A stretch of 64,000 nucleotides of DNA from Octopus sinensis (lineage: Eukaryota), in contig NW_021832379.1 in NCBI RefSeq assembly GCF_006345805.1, forward strand, positions 62,001 to 126,000, given 5' to 3'. Each line of letters begins with the position of its first letter. The stretch's first letter is position 1. Under the pieces are notes generated by a model. It did no database searches and was not told the DNA's origin. It saw nothing but the letters and a program-made list of their open reading frames with translations. Positions 48,251 through 61,447 of the stretch are shown piece after piece. The position numbers and the translations under genes are program-made.

Positions 48251-49769
48251 GAAGTTATATAATTTTAAACTAAATTTTAGAGGTTATTAAGTTGTTAATG
48301 AAAGGAATAGCAGGATAATGTGGTATTGAATTTTAATGATGATTGATATTCTGTGAACATATGTAATCAGTCAGTTGATTAGTAAGCAAATCAAATACCC
48401 CTGGAGAATGTTTTCCCAGTCACTGATTGCTGTTAAAAACTGATACCATTTTTGAACAAAAGCATGTGTGTGTGATACTTTATTTGTAATATCTGAAACA
48501 ACCAACTCTGCAGCATAAGCTATTTTTATGTTGCCTTGTGTTGTGTAAAAAAAATAAGTATTGATATTTGCACATAAATAACATTCCTCATTCTGCACAT
48601 CTTTGCTTCTACAGCTGTAAACAAGAAATATTTGGGCTAAAATTTCCTGAATTAGAATATTAAGTAAGGTTAGCTATTTCTCTAAACCTTTGTGTCTATT
48701 GTCGGGAGTAAGTGGTTAAAACTATAAAACCATCTTTGTTATTTTACCTCATGTAGTTTGGGAAATCCTTATGAGTTGGATTTATACCAAACTGGCATTG
48801 TCTTTCATTTTTTGTTAAGATGATAGAAAATAATTACCAGTGATCTACTTGGGTGAGTTCATCTCATACCTTAACAAAATTGACATTGTGGTTAGGATCA
48901 AGGAATTCAGTTTAAGAACAAAGCTAAATTTCTATGATGAATTTCTGATCATTAGCACAATGTCAATTTTCCTAAGGTGTGGTATTAAGAATGAAAGAAA
49001 GAAAATTTTTGTTTTTACTTGAGTAAAATGAAATAAAAATATTAGGGGTGAGACATGGCTTAACCTCATTTTATTAATGCCGGGTGAATGAAAACCCTAT
49101 CAACTGTTGCAGAAATACAAAGAACGAGAAAGTGGATGCTTCTGCTAATTTGATGTACTCTGTCAGGATTGATTAATAAACCTCAATTTCTAACATTGGT
49201 AACAAGCAAGAAATTTTGATGGCTGCCTTGAGAATTGAACATAAACCAGCATTAAACTTAAATAATTCTTGATCAAGCCAAGAATAATATAAGATAAAGA
49301 TTAATTTATTGGGATTTGAATTCAGATTATAAAGCTGTAACTAAATTACCAATTCTGTTATTACTATTATCATATGGCCATTTTCCATTCTGGCATGGGT
49401 TGGATGATTTGACTGGAACTGTCCAGACTCCAATTCTGTTTTGGCGTGATTTCTATGGCTGGATGCCCTTCATAATGCAAACCACACCACAGAGTGTGCC
49501 AGGTGCTTTTTATGTGCATTTATATAGCTCCAGTATGAATTCATTTTACTTGGCACCTGCAAGACAAAGACTTCATCTAGGAGAGGGAGTGCGGGGCCAT
49601 TGACATAAAGGATGTCATACTTATGGATGACTGCAATTTTACTTAGCTTCAAGTAATTTCCACCAAATTTCCACCACTCACAGTCCCTTATTATCTCAGT
49701 GAGGTCCAGGCTACATCAATCTCAGTGTATATCTTCTATCCTAGACCTGGAAGCACGTCTCCCAAGGTA

Positions 49770-51420
49770 TATAGTTAGTTAGTTAGTTAGTTAATTTTTT
49801 GGCTCAAAAAGCAAAAAGCAAGGCCATGTAGGGGGACATGGAGTTAAGTACAGGGTGGTGTTCATATAAAGAGTTCAGGCCACTTGAGGTCAAGGGAGAC
49901 TTTGAACAAAGCGGTCGTCGGCATCTTCACCATCTCGTCCGGCAGCTTGTTCCACGGATCCGCAACCCGGACAGAAAGCTCCTCTCCTTCGATTGAGATG
50001 AAATCGTCGCAGGTAGAGCTTTTCGGAATGACCCTGCAGCCAACGCTCTGGAGCAGGAGTGAAGAACAGCTCTTTCGAGAGGTTACACTTTCCGCTTATG
50101 ATGTTGTGAGCAAGAATGAGATCACCATGGCGGCGGCGTTTTTCTAGAGAATAAAGGTCGAGCGTCCTCAGCCTTTCTTCATAGGACAAATTTTTGAGAC
50201 CATGAACGATGCGGGTAGCCAGCTTCTGGACTCTTTCGAGATGCTGTATGTCTTTGAGGAGATAAGGAGAAGAGGCTTGAATCCCGTACTCCAATATGGG
50301 TCTCACCAGCGTGACATAGAGTGGTAGGAATATGGCTGCTGTGAGCATTCCGAATGACCGTCGAATCAAGAACTGAATTCCGCGTGATTTGTTAGCAGCA
50401 TGGATGCACTGGGCCGAAGGCGAAAAGGAGGAATCCACCAAGATACCCAGGTCCTTTACCTGATCGGTCATCTCCAGCAGCAGACGACCTGGCTCGAAAT
50501 CAAGTTGAGTTGCAGGAGGAGAGCCAACAGGCAGATGACAGCACTTTGACACGTTCAGACACAGGTCCCATTCGTTAGACCACCTCCAAATTTGGTGGAG
50601 GCATCGATGAAGATCCTCTATATCACCGTGAGGAGCGACCAGTTTGACATCATCGGCAAATAGAAGGGTGTGTTGTGTGAGGTCGTCGGGCAAGTCATTT
50701 ATGAAGACTAAGAACAATAAGGGCCCAAGCACTGAACCTTGAGGCATGCCACTGCTCGCACTGGAGACGTCGGACCACGAACCATTAACTTGGACTTGGA
50801 AGGAGTGATCTGAGAGGAAGGCACCAACCCATCATACAATATCCGGATGGAAACTATATGCTTGAAGCTTGACAAGTAATAGGCGGTGGTTAACCGAGTC
50901 AAAAGCTTTGGCAAAGTCCAATAAAACGATGTCAACAGCATCACTATCATCGAGGATGCGCGTCACCAATTCTTCCATTACCAGTAAGTTGGTCAAGCAT
51001 GATCTCTTCGGCACGAAGCCGTGTTGGGAATCAGAGATAGAGGCTGTGTTTTGGAGGTGGAGCATCATACTTTTCTTAAGGATGGTTTCGAACATCTTGC
51101 TGATTATTGATGTAAGGGAAGCCGGTCGATAGTTAAGCGGGTCTTTGCGGCTCCCTTTCTTGAAAATTGGGCAGATTATCGCTGTTCTCCAGTCCGCAGG
51201 TATAACACCCGTCGCCAATGACATATTTTAAGAGAAGTGTTAAAGGTTCGCAGATGACCTGAGCCAACGCTTTGATAACCTGTGGGTGTATGCCATCAGG
51301 GCCGTGACCCTTGTTGACATCGAGGCCTTGAATAACACGTTTGACTTCGTCCCGCGTGATGACCAATCGAAGCATTGGAGGTACCGATCTATCAAATGGA
51401 GGGGGTTCATGACCATCATC
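49770..51420 (-). mobile_element. 5'-truncated CR1 LINE (RT domain) with (TAAC)n tail
   Basis: GPDGIHP...WRTAIICPIFKKG...NYRPASLTS...QHGF...DFAKAFDSV...PQGSVLGPLLFLVFINDL...FADDVKL; frameshifted. Confidence 0.9.
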
Positions 51421-51429
51421 TTGTTTGAA

Positions 51430-51960
51430 AATGGGTAGAAGTAACCCTTCTCCCGTCTTTCAGGCTTCTTAGAAGCACACCTCTACCATTCCAAACTTCC
51501 TTCCTCTGGCAAGGTAAGAAATCCCTTGCCAGATTAGTTTTAAAGCTTTTTTGACTTGGATGGTCAAAATAATTTCTATTTTCTTTGTTTTTACAGAGCA
51601 TATCCTGTATATGATAGTTCTCTCCTTGGTTGCTTTTAAAACTTCTTTGGGAGGGGACATCTATGCATCGCACCCTTCCCTACAAAACATGTTCGTATAT
51701 TTGCTTAGTTCTGATAATTCAATTTCGTTGCTGTGACTCTTAGCCATTGCAACACAATTTCTTTTCTTCTCCATTTGTTCCTCCATTATTTTTACAAACC
51801 TCAGTAGTTCCTCTTTGGAATACGTAAGCTCCGAGGGGCTGAGGTTTTCATGCTCCATCCTTAACACCAATGCTACCCCCTTTGAAGAAGGGGGAAAGCA
51901 TCAACAAACTGCCATAAGACAATAAAACAAAGTGTAAGACGTGTTTAGAAAACATGAAAC
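51430..51960 (-). pseudogene. Distant Tx1/L1-like ORF1 N-terminal fragment
   Basis: KERTIIY...ISYLARGRKFGMVEVCF aligns with KERTIIY...IKYLTRGNKFTTIEARF of ORF1 at about 21960-22120. Confidence 0.65.
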
Positions 51961-52955
51961 CAGCAACAATTATCAACTTTCGACTTTCATCACTTCTACT
52001 GTAGTGCGTGAATATAAGTAATCCATAAATATAAAAACTTCTTTATTACCGACAAGGGTCAACATAGAGGAGACAATACAAGGTGGGAACAAAAACAAAA
52101 CAATGTAAGGGATGACTAAAATAATGGACGAAAAATGAAATGAAGCTGTTCGGCCCCCACCTCCGAGCGACTTTAAAACACTGTTAATCTTCATCCTTCT
52201 GAAGAATCTGTTTATTATAATCATCGTGAAGGTCATGATAATCTACTTAAGTAATTGGCTGGTACTAATTTTCTTGACCCTGTATCCATAGTCCTCATCG
52301 TAGTCATTTATTCTTGATAATTGTTTGGCACCACACAATTATATCACCATGGTAATTCGGATTTACTTTTATCATATTTGTCCCATGTGTCCATTTTTCC
52401 ATAATGTTCTCTATTTGTCCTGTCATATATTTATGTATTTTTTCTCATAGAACGGTGGAGAGGCAGTTTCAGGGCTCCTGTGTGTTTGTCTTTGTGTCGG
52501 TAGGGTGTGCAGAGGGTTGGTGCATGTAGGGGGAGGATAGGGGCAGAGTGAGAGTCGGGTGGGGTCGGGATGGGGGTCGACTTTCACAGGGTGTGCTTTC
52601 TTTCTCTTCCTATATATGTGTGTGTGTATTTGCAAATGGACTCTTCCCAACTGAACTATCTTCGAAAAAGCTTTCTCAAAAAGATAATATTTATTAAGAT
52701 TTAACTCTACATCAAATCCTTAAAATTTCGCTGTTTGTTTTATATTAAGACAGTATTTGTATTAGTCCTTGCAATGTCCTAAATGTAAATTAATAAGATA
52801 AGCCTAGATAAAGCTCAGTCGAAAAAGGTTTTTGCATATGGGAGATAACTCAAGTTTTTAGTGGGGAGGTAATCCCATTTTTTAATTGCAATTTTTTTAA
52901 CGAGGGTGAAAAGACAAAACAAAACGTACCCAACTATGGTTACTGCTACATTATT

Positions 52956-53123
52956 TACATCTGACGGGTATTTGTCCTCATCTTATTTGTTGTTAACACA
53001 ACGTTTCGGCTGATATACCCTCCAGCCTTCATCCAGTGTCTTGGGGAAACTTCGAACCTGGCTTCTCAGCCGAAACGTTGTATTAACAACAAACAAGATG
53101 AGGACAAATATCCGTCAAATGTA
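52956..53123. mobile_element. Penelope-derived palindromic element with a degenerate hammerhead ribozyme
   Basis: About 58-bp inverted arms; minus strand reads GACAC-tggatga-a-GGCTG-gagggtatat-CAGCC-GAA-ACGT-T-GTGTT. Confidence 0.7.
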
Positions 53124-54019
53124 CCTAATTCCTCATCTCTTAAATATAGAACTACCATTACTACTGCTAATACTACTCTAACATACGACAGTCCAGAGAG
53201 CAACTCCGTAAAACCTTCAGTCCTCCGACCAACATTGTATTCTACGAATAATAGGGCCGGAAGAAATGAGAATGAATATATATATATATATAAAACCCCC
53301 AGCTGATACCAAAAGTCATCATGTTTCATTAATAACTGAGCCGCTATGGGCAACCAACAAAAACAAAACACCAAGAGAAACATCCCAAGCCATCTTACCA
53401 CAGTATTTTCAAGAATTTTCAGATGCAGCAAGATTCTTTGTCAGTTTCAAGCGACGAAAGTTTTGACACCTTATTACACATAAATATATACGTGAGGTTG
53501 ACAGGCATTGTGTGTTTCTGAATGGCTAACCTGTGTCTTGTACGCTGCAATCGCTTTACTTTCAGCACATAAACTCAGATCGAAACACTTGCTATGTAAG
53601 TTCATCTCTGTCACTTTTGTTATAGTGTTTCGAGAAAGAAGCTATCCACTAATAACATTCTCGTTACACACAGGGAAAAAAATCTACCTTTGTCCGTTTA
53701 ATTGTTTCCCTTAATTTACTTCCAATATCAAAACAACCAACTTCTGAACAGCTGATTAACATAGGTGGTGCGTCCCTTTATGCGAAATGTAGAATAGACT
53801 GACATTGGAATTTTGGTGACACCCACAAAAAAAAGTCCCAAATAAAAAGAATCCAATTTTATCATCAAAGGCCGATCAAAGTAACCCCTCAGAATCAATT
53901 TAATATTCCTATAAAACATCCTAGTGAATAAATGGAATCCAATTACATGACCAAATACGATAGAAACAATTAGCTGTGATAGAAATTAATGGAAATTAAA
54001 TGAAAGTAGAATAATAGAT

Positions 54020-54214
54020 ACGCATGCGCTGTAAGAGTAGCTTTCACTTCCGTCCTGTTTCCCGGAAACGAAAATATTGATCAAATGTGAAAATAACGTC
54101 TTTTTAAAAATATTTCTCATTTCTCAAATGCCAGACAAAGTTCGAATAATATCTTGCATAAAATATTTTCTCTACAACGAGAGAAACCGTCATTTATGAA
54201 ATATTGCCGTAAGT
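54020..54214 (+). promoter_or_regulatory. Putative promoter and non-coding exon 1 of ZNF gene 2
   Basis: NRF1-like ACGCATGCGC (54020-29), ETS ACTTCCG (54046-52), TTCCCGGAA, donor |GTAAGT at 54209; motif-based inference. Confidence 0.5.
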
Positions 54215-57200
54215 ATTAAGAGCCTAAAGTGTCATTTGTAGCGGAACTCTTAACCATTCCTGATGTTTTTTGTTATTTTGAGAATATCAAAATATCGTTA
54301 TTTACTGATTGTTTAATAAGAATTTATTATAAAAGTATTACAAAACGTATCAAACAGGATACTACATACTATATATTTTGTCAACTACATTATATCCATT
54401 CTGTCGCCACATAAATCACTTTATAAACATTTTTTAATGAGGGACATCAAATTGTCTGCAAGGAATATTGTTTGGTCAATGCCATTTGGCGGAAACAAAC
54501 TTGACAGGGAGGATTCCCATTTGTTTAAATTATTATTTTTTTTCTCTTTTAAATGTCAAATGATGTCTCAGAGTCTTCCCCACGCCGTGTTAAAATCAAC
54601 ACCAATGTTGTAAATAAAGTTAAAATGTAATTTAAATAATAATGAATCGGAAGTTCATTCAAATCGACAGCAAATAAGGACGAATATTGTATAAAAAAAT
54701 CAGTTATACCCAGAAACCACCGAAAGCTATTAGATTTACAAAATAAATCCACTTTCACTATTTCGTATTTGTATTTGGTTTGCAAGATTTTTGGTGTGAA
54801 CTCGTATGTTAGAACAACCCATATTTTTGTATCTCAGGACGGTCATTACGTCAATAATAAACGCGTTGGTTCTATTTCACTTCTTTTATTATCGTCATCA
54901 TTATTATTATTATTATTAATCAACTAGTTAACTACTTAAATAATTGATTGTTTGATTAATCATTTAGTCAATCAATCAGCTATATTCGTCAAAGTCCTTT
55001 TAGCATCATTTACGACCTCAATGACTTGCCCAGTCTGCACCAGATCTGTTTGTCTCGCAAGTTTACAAGCTCTGAATGTGTATGGCTGTAAATAAGAATG
55101 TCAGATGTAACAGAATATATACAAAAAAAAAAACAAAAACCGCAGAATTTATTTACATCTCTTTATGTACTTAGTTCAAATCTTGCTGAAGACAACTGGT
55201 TTCTTTTCCTTTCACTAATTTTTAAAAAGGCGTGGCTATGTAGTATGGAAACTCGCTTTCTAACCATGTGGTCTTAGGACAGCACCTTAGGCAAGTGTCT
55301 TCTGTTGTCCCCAACCATGAGTGAATTTGGTAGATGAAAATTAAAAGCCTGTATGTGAAATGATGATACCATCATTTAACGTCCGTGTTGCATGAATTGA
55401 ACAGTTTGACTGGATCTGATGAATCAAAGGACTGCACTGTTCCCTGCTGCAAACCCTTTCTAATGCTAACCAGTGCTTTTTCATGTCACTAGTACTACTG
55501 AGGTTACCATGCAGCTCACAAGTCTACAAAATCCAAGGAGAGGAGTGCATCCTTGTTTTAGATGGGTTTTGAGAGTTGAGGTTGGGGTAGAGCAGGTTCT
55601 TGTAGCGGAGCTACACGGTGACTCATATTTAAGGGGAAGAAAGATGATGAATCAGAAGTATTTTATATAACCCTAATCTTAACCCTGCAAAATATATATG
55701 CACAAAACTGTTACTCAGAATTTCACATTCTCATTCATCACAATTCTGAGAAATGGGAACTTGAAACTTTCTCAACCACAAGGTTTTGATTTCAGTCTCA
55801 CTACATGACACCTTGGGCAAGTCTCTTCTACTATCGGCTGAGGCTGTATTTGGTTGACAAAAACTGAAAGACGTTCATCTTTTATATATCATCATCATCA
55901 CTTAAGATCAAATTTTCCATCATGCTGGCATGGGTTGGATGGTTGACAGGAGCTGACAAGGCTAGGAGCCCCAACAGGCTTCATTGTTTGTTTTGGCATG
56001 GTTTCTACAGCTGGATGTCCTTCCTAATGCCAACCATTTTACAGGGTGTGGACTGGGTGCTTTTTATGTGGCACCGGCACTAACAAGATCACCAAATACC
56101 TCAAGACAAAATCCCATCAATTGGTAGTGGGGAGTAGTATTGAGAGGGTGTCACTTTGTGCCAGTTGAAAAATTAGATGTACAGGGGGACAGATAAGTGT
56201 TTTGTTGTGGTGTAGATACAGGGATACTCCTACTGGAAAAGAAAGAAGATTGAGTTAGAGAATAAGATAAAGAGAATGATAGTGAGGGAGATGATTGCAA
56301 AGATGTGCCAGGACATGACCTTCAGGGACATTGAGAATGGTGAGAATAGGTGAGGTGATACCAAGGTTTGGTCTGAGTGAATGGGCAGGATTAAGGTGAC
56401 TGTAGCAAATGATGGAGAGAAATATATGGTGGAGGGCATATCTTGTTATGGGAAATATTACCTTGCTTTGGAAACAAGTAAGAGTTGGTGACAAGAACAT
56501 CCGGTCATAGAAAAACTACCTTGACAAATTCCATCTAACCTATGTAAGCCTGGAAAACTGGATGCTAAAACATTGATGATGTTACACAGTCTGAAAATGT
56601 AGCTGCAGTCTTTAAATATATCAACTTCACACAAGGTTGTATGATGGAATTTTAACATCCAATTAGAAATTAAAAGTCATTTGTTTAGGTAAATGTTTCT
56701 TCTCCCATCATCATTTAGCAGCCATTTTCCATTCCGATATAGATTGGATGGTTTGAGAGCACGCATCAAGCTGCCCAGCTTGGCTGAGCTTCAACATGGC
56801 TTCTACAGCTAGATACCCTTCCTAATGCCAACCACTTTTCAGCAGGTGCTGGGAGCCTCTTCATGTCACTGGCTCTAGTGGCTGTGAGCAGTTGGGAGGG
56901 GATAAAGATGGTAGTGATGGAATGCCAGAGCTGACTCCCAGGGCATAGAAAAGTGAGTGTAAAAGAGGATACAGACAGTGGGTCAGGAAATGGTAGAAAG
57001 TAGTGGGTATTTTTATAAGTGTGTGAGGGAAGAGTAACAGATGATTGGAGATGGGAGTTGGAGGAGATATGAGTGATGGGAAACAGCTATATGGAGAGAG
57101 AGGGTATGGTGAGCGATAGAAGTGGCTTAAGAGGGGGTAGATCAGAAGGATGAGGGGCAGAGTATGATGTACAATGTATAGTAGTGGAAAGGAGAGAAGT

Positions 57201-57360
57201 GTAGCAGTATATAAGGGTGGCTATAGTAAGTAAGATGTGATAGCATATATAAGAGGGTGCTGAGGGTGAAAGCAGATATGTGAAATAGGAGAGTATTGTA
57301 GCTTGCTTGAAGCATTGTATATTGTTTATAAAGAATAAATTGTTCTGAATGGTACAACAA

Positions 57361-57603
57361 TGGACTATAATAACTGTTGTAATTTAATCATCCATAGTCT
57401 GATATGATATTTTGGAACATAAAATTCTTTCTTCAGATATTACATGCTGAAAAGTGGTTGGCATTAGGAAAGGTATCTAGCTGTAGAAGCTGATTATAGC
57501 AGCAGCTCCATCAATTCCTAGGGATATCTGAAGAAGGAATTTTATATTCTGAAATATCACATCAGACTAAGGATGATTAAATTACAGCAGTTCTTATAGT
57601 CCA
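57361..57603. repeat. MITE-like inverted repeat (about 80-bp arms)
   Basis: 57361-57440 is an imperfect inverse of 57524-57603; the centre carries the RTE core motif. Confidence 0.7.
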
Positions 57604-57779
57604 TATGTGAAATATTTTAATGGTGTGTTACATAGGAGAGAGATAACTGAGAGTGTAGAAATATAAATAGGGGAGGGAGGGGTAATATGTGGAGTGATGA
57701 AGGTACACAGAAAGAGGAAGGGATAATCTGCAAAGTGATGGAAAGCTGGGTGTTAGAGGAAGGAGATGTGAGGAATGGT

Positions 57780-59030
57780 TGACAGGGCAAAATCAGTTAC
57801 AAGCATAATCAGAATGCTTTTATTTAAGATATCTTTTTTGCTGTGTTGGACAGGTCTTCTCAAGCATAGTGAATTGCCATTCATATTGGGCCCTTCTTAT
57901 CTTCTGCTCAGCCTTCACTACTTCATCCCACGTCTTCCTCTTCCACAAGTTCCCATCCACATTAAACAACCAGCATTTCTTTGTACAGCTGATCTCAGCC
58001 ATACACATCACATGACCAAACCAGTGCAGTTGTCTGTCTTGCACACTACAACTCATTCCTTTTATGTCTTATTTTTGAAAGATCAAAACCATGGCACTTT
58101 GTCATGTATGCACATCCAGCAGAGTGTACTAGCTTCAGTCCTCTCTAGTCCTTGCATTTCCTCTATATTCATGGTCTACATCACACTACAATGTAGCTTT
58201 GCTTTTAGTACCAAAGCATCATACAGTCTGCCTTTGTTCAGAGAGAGAGAAACCTTTTGTAACCAACAAAGTAATACCTCCTTATTCTAGCAACTATATT
58301 TTCAGAATGTCATCCATTATTTCTAAGGAGCCTCCAAGGCGTTCAAGAAAATCTATATTCCCTGTCTCCTTAGTCCTTATGGCTCCTATGCTTCTTCCAC
58401 ATACACACTACTTTCTCAGTTAATTTTCCTGCGATTCCACTGCATCACTTTTGCGTCCGTAGCTTGCACCACGTACATTATATTGAATTCCTGCCTTAAC
58501 CTCTCCTACATATCAAGCAGGGCCATTTACCTGAGCAGGTTGGGGGTGGGTCTATTTTTCTGCTTACTAGAACTTTTGTCTTTGCTTAGTTAACTTTAAG
58601 GCCCTTCAATTCCAGGTTTGCTTCCATTACCAAGAATTTCTTTTCAAATTCTACTATAGATTCTGCTTTAAGAATGAGGTCATTGACATATAATAGTTCC
58701 CAAAGCAGCAAGTTATAAATTCCACTATTATGATCTGGAGAACAAGGATGAATAAGAAGGGATAAGAACTGAGCCCCAGTACACACCTACCTGTACCCTA
58801 CTTTATTGTAGTACTCATGCCCAACTGTCACTTTACTGACTGCATCCCTATACGTGGCTTGTACAACCCTCATAAACCATTCATCAACTCCTAGCTTCCT
58901 CAGAGATCACCATGTCATAGAGCGGGGGAACCCTGTCAAAGACATTCTCCAGGTCAGTGAATGCCAGGTACAATGGCCTACTTTTAACTAGATACTTCTC
59001 TCGACAGTTCATCACCATAGAAATCGAGAA
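57780..59030 (-). mobile_element. Degraded RTE LINE ORF2 (RT C-terminal half)
   Basis: LWELLYVNDLILKAES...GLKVN, RQLHWFGHVMCM, RKTWDEVVK. Confidence 0.75.
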
Positions 59031-59455
59031 AAATGTTCATTGTTATATTTACATTTTATGTATCGTCTACATCTTATATTGTTTCTCTCTGTTATTTCAG
59101 AATATCAGATGGTATTGGCTAAAAAGAAAATGTTTACATCAGATGCATCATCAACTTTTTATCATCTTTTAAAGACTTAAGGAAAATATACAGAAATTAT
59201 ATAACCCTGTTTGTATAAATCTGATAGAATTACTGTCTGGAATCTGTTTAAGATGATCTTTTCATTCTCCTTCAACCTGGACAAATTTACAAAAGAGGTT
59301 GCAGCTTCTTCAGACATTGACAAAGAGCTCAGTTGATGAGAAGATAACAGTAAAAATATTTCTTATGAGTCAAATATACAAAAAAAGACAAGAAATATTT
59401 ATATATATATATATACATATATATATTGTGGTGGAAGAAAATAAACTTATAGAAA

Positions 59456-60838
59456 ATGAATTATGTGAGCAGTAGGTTAAATGTAATTAATGATGGGATA
59501 CTGAAAGCAATAAGAAAATCATCACATCACTGTGATATCTGTAAAAAGTCATTCGCTAAAAAAGGCAACCTAAACACTCACAAACGTATTCATACAGGTG
59601 AAAAACCATACGATTGCAATATCTGTGGTAAATCATTCTCTGAAAAAAGTAACTTATCAAAACACAGACACATTCATACAGGAGAGAAGCCATATCACTG
59701 TGAAGTCTGTGATAAATCATTCTCTCAAAGTGGTCACTTAACTACTCACAGACATACTCATACAGGAGAAAAACCATATCACTGTAATATCTGTGGTAAA
59801 TCATTCTCTGTAGGAAGTAACTTAACTAAACACCAACGCATTCATACAGGAGAGAAGCCATATCACTGTGATATCTGTGGCAAATCTTTCTCAGCAACAA
59901 GTAACCTAAATGTACATAGACATATTCATACAGGAGAGAAACCTTATCATTGTGATATCTGTGGTAAATCATTTTCTGCAGCGAGTAACTTAACTACACA
60001 TAAGTACATTCATACAGGAGAGAAACCACATCAGTGTGATATCTGTGATAAATCATTCTCTGCAACAAGTAACTTAACTATGCATAGACGTATTCATACA
60101 GGAGGGAAACCATACCGCTGTGATATGTGTGATATATCCTTCTCTCATGGAAGTACTCTAACCATACATCACAGCTATATTCATAAAAGAAAGAAGCCAT
60201 ATTTCTGTGAGATCTGTGGTAAATCATTCTTTGCTAGAAGTAAATTAACTATACACAGACATATTCATACAGGAGAGAAGCCATACCAGTGTGATATCTG
60301 TGGTATATCATTTTCTCAAAGAAGTCACCTAACTACACATAAACATATTCATACAGGAGACAAACCATATCATTGTGATATCTGTGGCAAATCATTTTCT
60401 CAAACAAGTCATTTAATTATTCACAAACGTATTCATACAGGAGAGAAGCCATATCACTGTGATATCTGTGGTAATTCGTTCTCTCAAAATAGTGACGTAA
60501 CTAAACACAAACGCATCCATATAGGAGAGAAACCATATCACTGTGATATTTGTGGTATACCATTTTCTCACAATAGGTACTTAACTAAACACAAACACCT
60601 TCATTTAACTGAGAAATCATTCCCTGTAAATAGTAAGTTGACTGATCACAAACACATTCGTAGAGGAGAAAGGCAATATCACTGTGACATCTGTGGGAAA
60701 CCATTCTCTGTAACAAGTCACTTAATTACTCACAAACGTATTCACACAGGAGAGAAGCCATATCAATGTAATATCTGTGGTAGATCATTCTCTCATGCTG
60801 GTAACTTAAAAAGACACAAGTATACTCATACAGCATAA
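59456..60838 (+). CDS. C2H2 zinc-finger protein, 460 aa, 15 intact fingers plus one half finger
   Basis: Uninterrupted ORF with TGEKP linkers; acceptor GTTATTTCAG at 59100; finger 8 is HX4H with a KRKKP linker. Confidence 0.93.
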   Translation: MNYVSSRLNVINDGILKAIRKSSHHCDICKKSFAKKGNLNTHKRIHTGEKPYDCNICGKSFSEKSNLSKHRHIHTGEKPYHCEVCDKSFSQSGHLTTHRHTHTGEKPYHCNICGKSFSVGSNLTKHQRIHTGEKPYHCDICGKSFSATSNLNVHRHIHTGEKPYHCDICGKSFSAASNLTTHKYIHTGEKPHQCDICDKSFSATSNLTMHRRIHTGGKPYRCDMCDISFSHGSTLTIHHSYIHKRKKPYFCEICGKSFFARSKLTIHRHIHTGEKPYQCDICGISFSQRSHLTTHKHIHTGDKPYHCDICGKSFSQTSHLIIHKRIHTGEKPYHCDICGNSFSQNSDVTKHKRIHIGEKPYHCDICGIPFSHNRYLTKHKHLHLTEKSFPVNSKLTDHKHIRRGERQYHCDICGKPFSVTSHLITHKRIHTGEKPYQCNICGRSFSHAGNLKRHKYTHTA

Positions 60839-61447
60839 AAGGCATATGACTGTGATAAATCATTCTTCCAAAACAATTACCTACCTACATATGAATATCT
60901 TAATACAGAATACTGTTGTCATCGTTGTTTTAACATTCACATTTCCTTGCTTGCATGGGTCAGACAGATAATTGAGGCAAATTTTCTGTGGCCTACTCTT
61001 TCTCTCGCTCACACACACACAATGGACTTCTTTTAGTTTTTGTCTACCAAATCAATTCCCAAGGCTTTGATCAGCCTGGAGTTAAAGTGGAAGACACTTG
61101 CCCAAGGTGTTACATCGTGGGATGGAACCCAACCAGTTGGCTATGAAACAATCTTTTTAATTACACACCACACTTGCTGTCTAAATTCATTCTATGTAAA
61201 GCAATAACCATAGAACATATTCACACAGGAAAGAAGTTGTGTGATAACAACCTCAATTTTATATTTTATATAACCTCTACACCTATAACTTACCACTGTG
61301 ATATGCTTAAAAGAGGCATTCTTTTCAATCTTTTCAAATAGTAATATTCTAAGAGAGAAAATATAAAATTAATTTATTAGACATTGTCTGTGAATAGCTG
61401 TGAATTGTGTTCTCATATATCCAACCTGAAAGTTACTGTTACAAATA

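Noticed and set aside
53066-53431. 121-aa hydrophobic ORF resembling a GPCR TM6-7 segment (FCFCWLP)
   Set aside because: Crosses a (TA)n tract and ends within the Penelope hairpin; no other helices or splice support, so probably chance
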